A DNA stretch of 63,530 nucleotides, the filler included. It is 7 parts of 7 records of this genome, joined end to end, with 100 filler letters (N's around TTAATTAATTAA, not from the genome) between each part and the next. Parts side by side here need not be neighbours in the genome. Positions count along the whole stretch, not along the records: positions 39,495 to 58,177 come from SRR31156797_9279; 6 more parts are not named here. One strand, written 5' to 3'. Below are positions 42,722-52,404 of this stretch, piece after piece. The position numbers and the translations under genes were made by a program. Every line of letters starts with the position of its first letter. Within the stretch, counting starts at the first letter, position 1. The notes below the pieces were generated by a model. The model worked only from the letters and a program-made list of their open reading frames with translations, was not told the DNA's origin and searched no databases.

Positions 42722-43857
42722 GCAAAGATATGATGACGGGCAGCGATGCCGTTGCATTGGGGGTTCAATTGTCTAAACCTGATGCAATTTTTGCTTACCC
42801 CATTACACCCCAAACCCATATTGTTGAAGCCCTGTCCGAAATAGCCCCCTCGTGGGGATGCCGATTTGTCAATGTGGAATCGGAATTTTCGGCAATCGCT
42901 TCCTGTCTCGGCGCCGTTTCCGCGGGGAGCCGGTCTTTTACCGCCACCTCCTCCCATGGCCTTTTGTTGATGCATGAGTTCCTTCACTGGTTTGCGGGAG
43001 CGCGAATGCCATTGGTGATGGTGAACGCAAACCGGGCGGTTGGATCCCCTTGGAACATCTGGACGGATCAGTCGGACAGCCTCTCCCAGAGGGATACCGG
43101 TTGGTTGCAGATCTACTGTGAAACCTGTCAGGAAGCTCTGGATACGGTCATTCAAGGATATTACCTCTCGGAGAAGCTTCTTCTTCCGGTGATGGTGATG
43201 ATTGATGGTTTTATCCTTTCCCACACCATGGAAGAGGTGGATGTCCATGAGCAACACAAGGCCGATCTTTTTTTGCCGCCTTATGAGGCCCAATTCAAGC
43301 TGGATGTGGATCATCCGCACTCCTTCGGCAATGCGGCCCTCCCGAATGATTATTACCGGCTTCGTAAGGCGATTCAGGGCACGTTTACCAGTAGCTTTGA
43401 GGTTTTGAGCGATTGTCACAACCTATTTGAAGATATCTTCGGTACACCCTACGATCTCATAGAAACCTATCGGTGCGATGATGCAGAGACCCTCTTTCTG
43501 GGTGGCGGTGCGTTGGTGGGAACCACTCGCGTGGCTGTTGACAGGATGCGTGAAAGGGGGTTGAAAGTTGGACTTATCAAGCTGCGTGTTTTTCGCCCCT
43601 TTCCCAAAAAAGTGCTGCAGAAAGTCATACGCGGGGACCAGACCGTTATTGTTTTGAATCGGGCCGTTTCTTACGGCGCCCAGGGGACCCTGACCCAGGA
43701 ACTCCGTTCCGCGTTTTATAATGTTGAAGACAAGCCTGACATCTACGACGTCATTATAAGCCTGGGCGGAAAAGAAGTTTTCCCCGAAACCCTCATGGGG
43801 ATCTGTGAGGAAATAAAGGGCAACCCGGCCTTTAAGGATGAAATGATATGGCGCTGA
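42718..43857 (+). CDS. 2-oxoacid:acceptor oxidoreductase alpha subunit
   Basis: AYPITPQT, VESEFSA, TATSSHG; ATGA overlap with previous gene. Confidence 0.93.
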   Translation: MSKDMMTGSDAVALGVQLSKPDAIFAYPITPQTHIVEALSEIAPSWGCRFVNVESEFSAIASCLGAVSAGSRSFTATSSHGLLLMHEFLHWFAGARMPLVMVNANRAVGSPWNIWTDQSDSLSQRDTGWLQIYCETCQEALDTVIQGYYLSEKLLLPVMVMIDGFILSHTMEEVDVHEQHKADLFLPPYEAQFKLDVDHPHSFGNAALPNDYYRLRKAIQGTFTSSFEVLSDCHNLFEDIFGTPYDLIETYRCDDAETLFLGGGALVGTTRVAVDRMRERGLKVGLIKLRVFRPFPKKVLQKVIRGDQTVIVLNRAVSYGAQGTLTQELRSAFYNVEDKPDIYDVIISLGGKEVFPETLMGICEEIKGNPAFKDEMIWR

Positions 43858-44750
43858 TCGGAGAAAACGGCGGGAAGTTAACGATACCCGGGGATGAATA
43901 TGTCAGTGGCGGAAATGTGGGGTGCCCGGGGTGCGGGGCGGTTCTCGGGATGCGGCATGTGCTCAAGATCATGGGCAAGAGAACCATTGTCGTTATGCCG
44001 GCTTCCTGCTGGGGCATCATCGCGGGCCCGTTCCCTTTCACGGCCCTGAAGGTGCCCCTTTTGCATACACCCTTCGCGGCAGGGGCCGCATGTGCGGCCG
44101 GGGTCAGGCAGGCTTTGGACCGCCAGAGGCGCAAGGGTATTACGGTCATGGTGTGGGCAGGCGACGGCGGCACATTTGATATCGGTTTACAGGCCCTGTC
44201 ATCTACTGCCGAAAGGGGTGAGGATTTCATTTACGTTTGCTATGACAACGAAGCCTACATGAACACCGGAATTCAGCGCAGTTCGGCAACCCCCGGAGAT
44301 GCCTGGACAACAACGACTCCGGAAGGGAAAAGCCGTTTTAAAAAAGATATATTTGAGATCGTTCGCGCCCATCGCCCTTCCTACGCCGCAAGCGCCGTGG
44401 TAACCCATCCCGCCGACTTTCAGATGAAGTTCCAAAAAGCCAAGGGCAAAAAGGGATTCCGCTTTATTCATCTTTTGTCCGCCTGCCCCGCCGGATGGCG
44501 GATCCCCTCGGAGCATTCCATTGAATCAATGCGCCTTGCGGTGGAGTCGGGAATTTTTCCTTTAATGGAAACGGACGAGGAGGGGGAAGCAAGATTAACC
44601 TATTATCCCGAAAAACTGATCCCGGCCGCCGAATATCTGAGCTTTCAGGGTCGATTCAAGCAGTTGTCAAAATCTCAGGTTAAAGGGATTCAAGACTCAG
44701 CTGAAAAGCGAATGAGGAAGCTGGGGCATCAAGGAGGTGGGAGGGGGTAG
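43848..44750 (+). CDS. 2-oxoacid:acceptor oxidoreductase beta (TPP) subunit
   Basis: GCPGCG, AGDGG...DNEAYMNTG. Confidence 0.94.
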   Translation: MALIGENGGKLTIPGDEYVSGGNVGCPGCGAVLGMRHVLKIMGKRTIVVMPASCWGIIAGPFPFTALKVPLLHTPFAAGAACAAGVRQALDRQRRKGITVMVWAGDGGTFDIGLQALSSTAERGEDFIYVCYDNEAYMNTGIQRSSATPGDAWTTTTPEGKSRFKKDIFEIVRAHRPSYAASAVVTHPADFQMKFQKAKGKKGFRFIHLLSACPAGWRIPSEHSIESMRLAVESGIFPLMETDEEGEARLTYYPEKLIPAAEYLSFQGRFKQLSKSQVKGIQDSAEKRMRKLGHQGGGRG

Positions 44751-44844
44751 AAGAGAAAATCCGTATGCGCCTTAATATTTGGCCGTTTCGAATATGGCAC
44801 CTGGTTTATGGCCGGTATTATTTAAATCCACAAGGAGGTATTCT

Positions 44845-46266
44845 ATGACGACAGATGGTAGAGAAGGACAGATTGTATCCGTACTGGAAGGGATTGTCGG
44901 AAAGAATCATGTCACAACCAGTATCTTTGAGAAGCTTAAAGAGTCTCTGGATCCCTTTCCATATCATGCAAACCGGGAAAACCTTCCGCTTGCCGTTGTT
45001 CTGCCGGAGACCGCGGAGCATATTTCAGAGATCCTTCAGTATGCAAACCGGGAAAAGATCCCGGTATTTGTTCGCGGATCCGGTACCCAGCTTGCCGGAT
45101 CATCCCGGCCCCACACACCGGGGATCATGATCAATACCGCCAGAATGACAAGCTTTGAGATCATGGAGGAGTATGGCTTTTTTGAGTCGGGCCCCGGAGT
45201 TCGGGTTGACGATGCCGGAAATATGCTGGGTGAAAAGGGGTGGTTTTTACCCATCTGGCCGGGTAGTCGCGTTATCGCCAGTATGGGGGGCGTTATTTCC
45301 AACAACACCAGTGGTCACATTATCGATGCCGCAATGGGGCGGATCTCCGATTATGTGTATGGTCTGGAGGTGGTGTTACCAACCGGTGAAATCATCGAGA
45401 CCGGCACGAGAGGGCTTCGAAAAGTGGGGGGGACGGATTTGACCAAGATGTTTGTTGGTGGAGACGGCATGATGGGCATTGTGACCAAAATTCGTATGCG
45501 CCTCCTTCCCGTCGCCCGGCAGTCCTACGGCATCGCCATTTTTAAAGATCTCAAACCGATTGCCAGAGGTGTGAAGCGGATGTATTTGGAAAAGGCGCCG
45601 CCGCCCCTCTTCATGGAATTCATGGATCATAATGTCTCGACCATTGCCTATCAAATCAAGGAAATGGCGCCGCCCCCCGGACCGGTGGTATTTTTTGTGG
45701 CAGTGGGGCAGGACGAGGAAGAGGCGGGCAAAAAAATGAAGCGGGTTATGAAGATTTTCCAAGGGGAAAATCCTGTGGAGGCCCGGGCTATCTCGGATAT
45801 TGAGGAGTGGAAAAAACTGTGGGTCGCGCGTGAAGTAATTGCACCGTACCTCATGAACAAACTCCAGGGAAAGCTCATTGCCGTCGAACTGGTGGCCAAC
45901 CTCAAGGATTTGGAGGAGGCCATGGAGGCAGGGGCACGATTTAACGAGGGCATTCCCTACCTCGAAGACCTCACCAACTACTATTTCGGCCACATCGGGG
46001 CTTTAACCATGCACCCTACTTTTGTACTGCCTCCGGATTTTAACGATGAGATCATGCGCGAGATCAACAAACGCCAGTTTGAAAAAGAAGCTGATTTTAA
46101 TCTCAAGTACAATACCTGCGGCGGTGAATGGGGACAGTTTTCCAAAAGGACCCCGTTTTTCATCCGGCGCTATGGGGATGCGGCTTATGAGCTGGTGAAG
46201 AGAATGAAGGCAGCCTTTGATCCGAACAATATTTTGAATCCGGGAATCCTGGAAGGGTACCGATAA
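44845..46266 (+). CDS. GlcD/LctD-like FAD-binding 2-hydroxyacid dehydrogenase
   Basis: RGSGT, GLEVVLPTGE, DLTKMFVG.DG..GIVT, FDPNNILNPG; AAGGAGG RBS. Confidence 0.88.
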   Translation: MTTDGREGQIVSVLEGIVGKNHVTTSIFEKLKESLDPFPYHANRENLPLAVVLPETAEHISEILQYANREKIPVFVRGSGTQLAGSSRPHTPGIMINTARMTSFEIMEEYGFFESGPGVRVDDAGNMLGEKGWFLPIWPGSRVIASMGGVISNNTSGHIIDAAMGRISDYVYGLEVVLPTGEIIETGTRGLRKVGGTDLTKMFVGGDGMMGIVTKIRMRLLPVARQSYGIAIFKDLKPIARGVKRMYLEKAPPPLFMEFMDHNVSTIAYQIKEMAPPPGPVVFFVAVGQDEEEAGKKMKRVMKIFQGENPVEARAISDIEEWKKLWVAREVIAPYLMNKLQGKLIAVELVANLKDLEEAMEAGARFNEGIPYLEDLTNYYFGHIGALTMHPTFVLPPDFNDEIMREINKRQFEKEADFNLKYNTCGGEWGQFSKRTPFFIRRYGDAAYELVKRMKAAFDPNNILNPGILEGYR

Positions 46267-46299
46267 TATCTTCAAAATGTGTTTAAAGGAGGAAAAGTC

Positions 46300-47766
46300 A
46301 TGAGTGGCCAAGATATTACGAGGATTTTCAGTGAGTTTGTAAATAAAACTCGATTCTCCGATCTCCCCAAGGAGGTTGTGGAACAGACCAAGGATTACAT
46401 ACTGGATTGTATCGGATGCACCATGGGGAGCTATGGGGTACCCGAGGGAATCCAAATTGAGAAAATGGGCAAGGAATTCGGGAGCGGAACCGAGGGCACC
46501 ATCGTGGTCAACGGCCATAAAACGTCCGCTACCGCCGCCGCGTACGTCAACTGTAAGCTTTGCAATTTTATCGATGCGGATGAAACCCTTTACAATTACT
46601 ACCATATCGGGGGGGTTCCCTTTTACGCGGCTTTGCATGCCGCCGAGAAGGTCAATGCCACCGGCGAGGACCTTATTACGGCCGTGGCCCTGGGATATGA
46701 ATTCTCCTATCGTTTCTGCCAAAACTATGCCTTGCTGACAATCAACGATAAGGGCGGTACGGACATTGCGAAGGCCTCGGGCTTCGGCTTTAACTCCATT
46801 GCTGCGGCCGTGGCAGCGGCCAAGGTGCTCAAATTTGACGTGGAAGGGATCCGGCAAGCCATGGGCGCTGCCGGTTATTACACGGCCGTTCCCCTTATCT
46901 CCAAATGGCTTTACACGAAGCCGTTGGGAAACCTGAAGTACCAGGATATGGGCTGGTTCGCTTTTACGGGTCTGCTTTCGGCGCTTTTCGCAAGGGATGG
47001 TTATACGGGAGATCCGTGCATTGTGGACGACTACGGAGAATATAGCTTCTGGAAAGCGTTCGGCATGCTGGAATTTGATTTTGACGCCATGGTGAAAGAC
47101 ATGGGCGACAAATGGGGCATCATGGAAATGGGTATCAAGCCGTATCCCTGCTGTCGCTGGTTTCACACGCCAATCCATATGTTGAAGACCATGATGAAAA
47201 AGGAAGGGTTGGGGCCTGATGATATTGATGCCGTCACCATGAAGGTCCATCCTGCCGTGGCCAAGAGCGAGCTGTTTGTAAGTGTTAGTAAATGGCACGA
47301 CTGGGAACGGAAAGACGCGGTTCATGCCCAGTACAGCGCCGGGTACTGTTTGGCTTGCGCGGCATATGATATCCCGGTGGGTCCCCAGTGGCAACTGCCG
47401 GAAACTTTGATAAATCCTCAACTGCTGGCGTTCAGCAAAAAGGTAACCTCCGTGAAGGACGAAAAGTGCGAGCAGAAAATGATTGCCTATCTGAATTCCG
47501 ATCAGCCAAAGGGCAAATTAATGACCCAAGTGCATTACACACTGGAGGTGACATCGGGGAAGGGCACGTTTACGGACACGGCCGAATATATCTATGGCGA
47601 CACCTATGACCCGGATCATTGCCTTAGCCGTGATGAGCTGAAACAAAAATTCAGAGGGAATAGCTCTGCGGTACTGGACGCAAAGACCATGAACAGGATC
47701 ATTGATGCCGTTTACGGCCTTGATGCTTATGCCTCTGTTGCTGAATTTACAGCTTTGTTCCAATAA
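46300..47766 (+). CDS. MmgE/PrpD-family protein
   Basis: ILDCIG, AAYVN, GEDLITAVALGYE, KPYPCCRW.H, ELKQKF. Confidence 0.9.
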   Translation: MSGQDITRIFSEFVNKTRFSDLPKEVVEQTKDYILDCIGCTMGSYGVPEGIQIEKMGKEFGSGTEGTIVVNGHKTSATAAAYVNCKLCNFIDADETLYNYYHIGGVPFYAALHAAEKVNATGEDLITAVALGYEFSYRFCQNYALLTINDKGGTDIAKASGFGFNSIAAAVAAAKVLKFDVEGIRQAMGAAGYYTAVPLISKWLYTKPLGNLKYQDMGWFAFTGLLSALFARDGYTGDPCIVDDYGEYSFWKAFGMLEFDFDAMVKDMGDKWGIMEMGIKPYPCCRWFHTPIHMLKTMMKKEGLGPDDIDAVTMKVHPAVAKSELFVSVSKWHDWERKDAVHAQYSAGYCLACAAYDIPVGPQWQLPETLINPQLLAFSKKVTSVKDEKCEQKMIAYLNSDQPKGKLMTQVHYTLEVTSGKGTFTDTAEYIYGDTYDPDHCLSRDELKQKFRGNSSAVLDAKTMNRIIDAVYGLDAYASVAEFTALFQ

Positions 47767-47864
47767 AAGGCTAATTCACCGCCAGGTTTATCCGCCGGGA
47801 CGGAACTTTTCGCAGGTTTCTCCGGCCGGATGATGCCCCACGCGAATAATTCTTGGAGGTTATC

Positions 47865-49055
47865 ATGACTGAACTCGATGATGTGACCAAACAATTGATG
47901 GATGATATTGAGGAGAGAACCCGGAAGTGCTGGAACTGTAATTTCTGCATGTCCGTCTGTCCTGTTTTTAAAAATACCTACGGATTTTACAGCCGCGGCG
48001 GTTCCGGTCTAACCCAGTCTCTTTATTATGCCATACGGTGGAGTCTGTTTGACGGGCCGGAAAAGGAAGAACTCATGCACAATGTCTTCCGCTGCACCAC
48101 TTGTAACGCGTGTGTCAACAGATGCAGTGACTTGAGCGCCGGGATTCCCCTCATGGAAATCATGGAACGGGGTCGAAAACTGCTTGTGGAAAAGTCCATC
48201 GGACCCATGCCCGACCAGCGCAAGGTCCTGGAGTCCATCTATATGTACGGCAATCCCTATAACCAGGCCCGGGAGAAACGCCTGGAATGGTTGAAGGATC
48301 TCAAGGTTAAAATGCTTCCCGCTGAAAAGGCCGAGGTTATTCTCTTTGTGGGTTGCTCCACCAGTTACGAGCCGGCACTTCAGGATGTGGGCCGTTCCTT
48401 GGTGAAGCTGCTTCAGTTTTTGAAGATGGATTTCGGCATACTGGAAGAAGAAAAATGCAGTGCGGAAACGGTCATCAGACTGGGCGACGAGGTGCTCTTT
48501 GAGGAGTTGTCCGGGGAGAATGCGGCGGTATTCAAAGAAACCGGCGCCAAGACGATTGTGACGATCAGTCCCCATGATTTCAATACATTCACACAGGATT
48601 ATGAATCCTTGAAGGATCATTTTGAAATCAAACATTACACGGAATTTCTGGCTGAAAAACTGGACGGAAAAGAGATTGAATTCAAAAGCGGAATAGACGC
48701 CGACGTAACCTACCAGGACCCGTGCTATCTTTCAAAACATCACGGAATAATGGAAGCGCCCAGAAATCTCCTCAAAGCCGTGCCGAAGCTAAATCTGGTG
48801 GATATGAAATTAAGCGGAAGGGACAACCTTTGCTGTGGTGGTGGAGGCGGCCGTATGTTTACGGAGATCCAAGAAGAAGAGAGACTTTCGGACATGCGTG
48901 TGGGACAGGCGCTGGAGGTGGATGCGGGAATCATCGCCACGGCCTGCCCGTGGTGTCATATGATGCTGGACAATGCGGTTCGGGATCTCAAGATGGATGA
49001 GAAAATAAAGGTTATGGATGTTTCCGAGCTCTTAGTCGAGGCATTGGGCCTTTGA
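47865..49055 (+). CDS. GlcF/HdrD-like Fe-S protein (CCG domain)
   Basis: Two CxxCxxCxxxC motifs, YQDPCYL, CCGGGGG, TACPWC. Confidence 0.9.
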   Translation: MTELDDVTKQLMDDIEERTRKCWNCNFCMSVCPVFKNTYGFYSRGGSGLTQSLYYAIRWSLFDGPEKEELMHNVFRCTTCNACVNRCSDLSAGIPLMEIMERGRKLLVEKSIGPMPDQRKVLESIYMYGNPYNQAREKRLEWLKDLKVKMLPAEKAEVILFVGCSTSYEPALQDVGRSLVKLLQFLKMDFGILEEEKCSAETVIRLGDEVLFEELSGENAAVFKETGAKTIVTISPHDFNTFTQDYESLKDHFEIKHYTEFLAEKLDGKEIEFKSGIDADVTYQDPCYLSKHHGIMEAPRNLLKAVPKLNLVDMKLSGRDNLCCGGGGGRMFTEIQEEERLSDMRVGQALEVDAGIIATACPWCHMMLDNAVRDLKMDEKIKVMDVSELLVEALGL

Positions 49056-49104
49056 GTTTGTAAACTGCCATAACATCGTGATTTTTAAAATGAGGAGGAG
49101 AGGC

Positions 49105-49437
49105 GTGAAACACGTAAATTATCTTGATGTAAAAGAGGAGAAAATCAGTGAGGGGGGCGCACATGGTGTCTCGCTTCGCACTGTCATCGGTGAGGCGGAC
49201 GGGGCCCCCAATTTTTTTATGCGGGTGATTCGCTTGGAAGCCGGTGCCGCGACCCCCAGCCACAACCATCCATGGGAACATGAGGTGTTTATTACCAGCG
49301 GAACGGGAACCGTCGAGGTTGAAGGTAAAACGACCCGTCTTAAGCAGGGGGATGTGGTCTATATTCCTCCCGATGCGGAACACTGCTTTCAGACAACCGA
49401 GCCAATGGAGATGATCTGAATTATTCCCAAGGTATAA
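49105..49437 (+). CDS. TM1459-like cupin, probable selenoprotein (UGA 49417-49419 read as Sec)
   Basis: GAPNFFMR, HNHPWEHE, EH; readthrough gives MEMI-U-IIPKV-TAA, matching family FLC(L/I)IPK. Confidence 0.8.
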
Positions 49438-49457
49438 CTGGCATCTGGATGATGCAA
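49420..49457 (+). promoter_or_regulatory. Candidate bacterial SECIS element
   Basis: Hairpin GCATC-TGGAT-GATGC (49441-49455); loop G lies 28 nt after the UGA. Confidence 0.55.
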
Positions 49458-49574
49458 GAGATTTTGGATGGAAATCTATGACGTGTTCAGTGATGCCATA
49501 TTATAGGCGTCGAAGAAAGGGGGGGTGAAGATAAAACATGGCATTAGAAACCGGGAATAAAGGAGGAAATTACA

Positions 49575-50606
49575 GTGGGCAAGATGAATTCTTACGAGAG
49601 GGTTATGGCCTGCTTTGCGGGGGAAAAGCCGGATAGGGTGCCGGTTGTTCCGATCGTAAGGGAGTGGTGCTGCAAGCAGGCCGGCATACGGTTTTCCGAC
49701 ACAATGGATAATGTGGAGAAGCATGTCTATTCTCAATATTACTGTGCCAAGACCTTCGGATATGACGCGGTCTATGACTTAATCGGCGTTCATGCCGAGT
49801 CGGAAGCCATGGGTTGCAAAGTGAAGTACGGAGATGGCTACATGCCGATGATCGAGGACACGGCCATCAAGAATTACGAGGATGATCTTCCAAAAATGAG
49901 GCTGTTAAATCCTTACAAGGATGGTCGTCTGCCGTTAATCCTGGAAGGTATTTCGAGGTTGAAGGAATTGTGTGCGGGAGAGATCCCCGTAATAGGATAT
50001 GTTCAGTGCCCATTTCGTCACGCGGCTATGATGAGGGGAGCTGAACATCTCATGAAAGATATTTACAAAGATGAAGAAAATGCCAGGAAACTTCTGGAAA
50101 TCGCCACGCGAAGTCAAATGGTATGGGGTGTGGCGGTGGCACAGGCAGGCGCGGATATTGTGCTTCTTTCAGATCCTACATCATCAGGGGATGCCGTTTC
50201 CGTTAAGACTTATGAGGAATGGGGCCTCCCCTATACCCGGAAGGTGCTCAAAGCCATAAAAGACACGGGTGTCAAAACACTCTTACATATGTGCGGAAAC
50301 ACGTCGGACCGTCTCGAAATTCTTGCATGCACCGGAGTTGACGGTTTGAGTTTAGACGCAAAAGTTGATATGGGGTTTGCCAGGGAGACCATGGGCGCTG
50401 AATATCTCCTCATGGGCAATGTGGAACCGACCGATCCGTTGAGCCTGGGCAAACCTGAAACCGTTTATGAACATTCGAAAAAGCTCATTGAACAGACCGG
50501 CAAAGAGGGACATTTTTTCCTGAGCGGGGGGTGCCTCATTTCGGATATTGCACCTTCAGTCAATATGGAGACTATGATCAAGGCAGGGCATGAAGCTGTC
50601 TATTGA
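49575..50606 (+). CDS. MtaA/CmuA (UroD superfamily) protein
   Basis: ERV..PDRVPV, SEAMGC, SDP, LHMCG, GNV.P, GGC (Zn ligands HxC...C). Confidence 0.88.
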   Translation: MGKMNSYERVMACFAGEKPDRVPVVPIVREWCCKQAGIRFSDTMDNVEKHVYSQYYCAKTFGYDAVYDLIGVHAESEAMGCKVKYGDGYMPMIEDTAIKNYEDDLPKMRLLNPYKDGRLPLILEGISRLKELCAGEIPVIGYVQCPFRHAAMMRGAEHLMKDIYKDEENARKLLEIATRSQMVWGVAVAQAGADIVLLSDPTSSGDAVSVKTYEEWGLPYTRKVLKAIKDTGVKTLLHMCGNTSDRLEILACTGVDGLSLDAKVDMGFARETMGAEYLLMGNVEPTDPLSLGKPETVYEHSKKLIEQTGKEGHFFLSGGCLISDIAPSVNMETMIKAGHEAVY

Positions 50607-50672
50607 TTTTGCCATGCTTATCGGTTTTCGTTTAGTAGAACAATGTAATCTTTCAAATTGAAGGGGGATCGT

Positions 50673-51707
50673 ATGGAAATGAAAAGAACATGTAAGAAAC
50701 TCGTGATGATTTCGGGAATACTGTTGTTAGCCTTAGGGCTTGTCGCGGGAGTGCATGCCGAGGACAAAGAGAAGGTTTATGAAATGAAGACCGGTTATGT
50801 GGGTCCTCCGAAAATGATGGGTGGGTATCGTGGCACTTTTTATCTTGATGAGGAAATATTCGCCCGAACCGGTGGACACGTGAAATTGATTCCCCTTATC
50901 GGGAAAAACCGCGAAAACCTTAATAAAGTAGTATCCGGTGTTCATCAAGCTGACTATGACGGAACGTCCATCTATGCAAATATTGCCGAGCCGGTCTGGA
51001 CCATCCTCGATATGCCTTTCATCTGGACCAATTATGATCGGATCAACAAGTTCAGGAACAGCAAATTATTTGATCCCATTCGGAAGGCCCTGGACAAAAA
51101 AGGGTTGGAGGTCCTGGCGATAACCTGTTACGGCATCTGGGATTTCCAGACGCTGAATACGCCGGCCGATACCCTGGATGAGCTGAAAAAACTCAAATAC
51201 CGGATCAGCGGCACCAATACACATATCCAGACAATGAAGCTTCTCGGAATAAAATCCCAAATGATCCCGTTCCCGGAGGTGTACGCGTTGTTGAAACAGA
51301 ATGTCCTGGATGGGACCATCATTTCCGCGGATGGTGTAAACTTAGGTAAATGGAACGAATTGCTCAAATACTATATTAATTTCCCCGTGTTCAATGGATG
51401 GCTGATCTTTTCCGCCAATAAGAAATGGATGGACAGTTTGCCCAAGGAATATGCGGATATTATCAGGGATGCAGCAAAAAAAATGGAAGAGCGTGAAGTT
51501 TTACAACAGCGATATCGAGACGAATACGTTGAAGCGCAATTTAAGGCCAAGGGCATGACCTTCATTGAGATGGCCCCGGGTGAAATCGCAAAGGCAAAAA
51601 AACTCGTCATGCCTATTTATGAGGAATTTGCTTCTCGTAAGGGTGTGGGTAAGGACTATTTCAATAGTGTAATGGAATTGATCGGGGAGGAATTGAGGAT
51701 TAAGTAG
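50673..51707 (+). CDS. dctP: TRAP DctP solute-binding protein
   Basis: Signal peptide, LDMPF, LKYR (conserved Arg), PFPEVYALL..NVLDG. Confidence 0.88.
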   Translation: MEMKRTCKKLVMISGILLLALGLVAGVHAEDKEKVYEMKTGYVGPPKMMGGYRGTFYLDEEIFARTGGHVKLIPLIGKNRENLNKVVSGVHQADYDGTSIYANIAEPVWTILDMPFIWTNYDRINKFRNSKLFDPIRKALDKKGLEVLAITCYGIWDFQTLNTPADTLDELKKLKYRISGTNTHIQTMKLLGIKSQMIPFPEVYALLKQNVLDGTIISADGVNLGKWNELLKYYINFPVFNGWLIFSANKKWMDSLPKEYADIIRDAAKKMEEREVLQQRYRDEYVEAQFKAKGMTFIEMAPGEIAKAKKLVMPIYEEFASRKGVGKDYFNSVMELIGEELRIK

Positions 51708-51759
51708 GTTTTTGTTCGGCCATGAAAACTTTCTCATGGTTGTCATAAAGAAGAACCTG

Positions 51760-51796
51760 TCTCCTTGGCACCTTGAAAGATGAGGTGCCAAGGAGA
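51760..51796 (+). terminator. 14-bp stem-loop after dctP
   Basis: TCTCCTTGGCACCT...AGGTGCCAAGGAGA; no T-tract, so likely an mRNA-stabilising or processing hairpin. Confidence 0.6.
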
Positions 51797-51875
51797 TAAA
51801 CCTAACTTAAAAAATAATCAGCAGACCTCTGTCCCTTTCAAACAGAGCCTGGTCAGATGCTGGATGGAGTTTTAA

Positions 51876-52394
51876 ATGGGTGCCTCCCGAAAAAACATAC
51901 TGAAACGCTTGAGCGACGGGCTTGCTTATATTGAAGATTTTTCGCTCGGGATTATTCTTATTGTTATTGTAGCGCTTATTTTTGGCAACGTATTTTCAAG
52001 ATTTATTCTTGGAAAACCGTATGCCTGGCCTGACGAGATCGCAAAGTTTCTCCATGTCATCGGCATCTATATCGGCGTCGCCGTAGCAAGCAGGAAAAAT
52101 ACCCATCTGAAGATTGATTTGGTGCCTCAATACTTTCCCGGGACGAAAAAGGCATATGGCGTTATTGCTCCCATTGGAGGCGTGATTTTTAGCACGATCT
52201 TTGTGTGCCTTTCTTATCAATTCTTTGCCTTTGAACGTATGATGTTGGATAGAAGCTGGGTCACTTCTGTGCCCATCTGGGTCATTGCGCTGGTCATTTT
52301 GATATCGGGTATCATGATTTTCATAAGAGAGGTCGAGAGGCTTATCAATTCCGTTTTTAGTTTAAGGGCTAAACCGGAAAAGTCTGAAATCTGA
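51876..52394 (+). CDS. dctQ: TRAP small permease
   Basis: 4 TMs, VFSRF..WPDE, HLKID. Confidence 0.9.
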   Translation: MGASRKNILKRLSDGLAYIEDFSLGIILIVIVALIFGNVFSRFILGKPYAWPDEIAKFLHVIGIYIGVAVASRKNTHLKIDLVPQYFPGTKKAYGVIAPIGGVIFSTIFVCLSYQFFAFERMMLDRSWVTSVPIWVIALVILISGIMIFIREVERLINSVFSLRAKPEKSEI

Positions 52395-52404
52395 GGAGGA
52401 TCAA

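Noticed and set aside
46003-47421. 472-aa minus-strand ORF
   Set aside because: Antisense to the well-supported PrpD gene, with no domain motifs.
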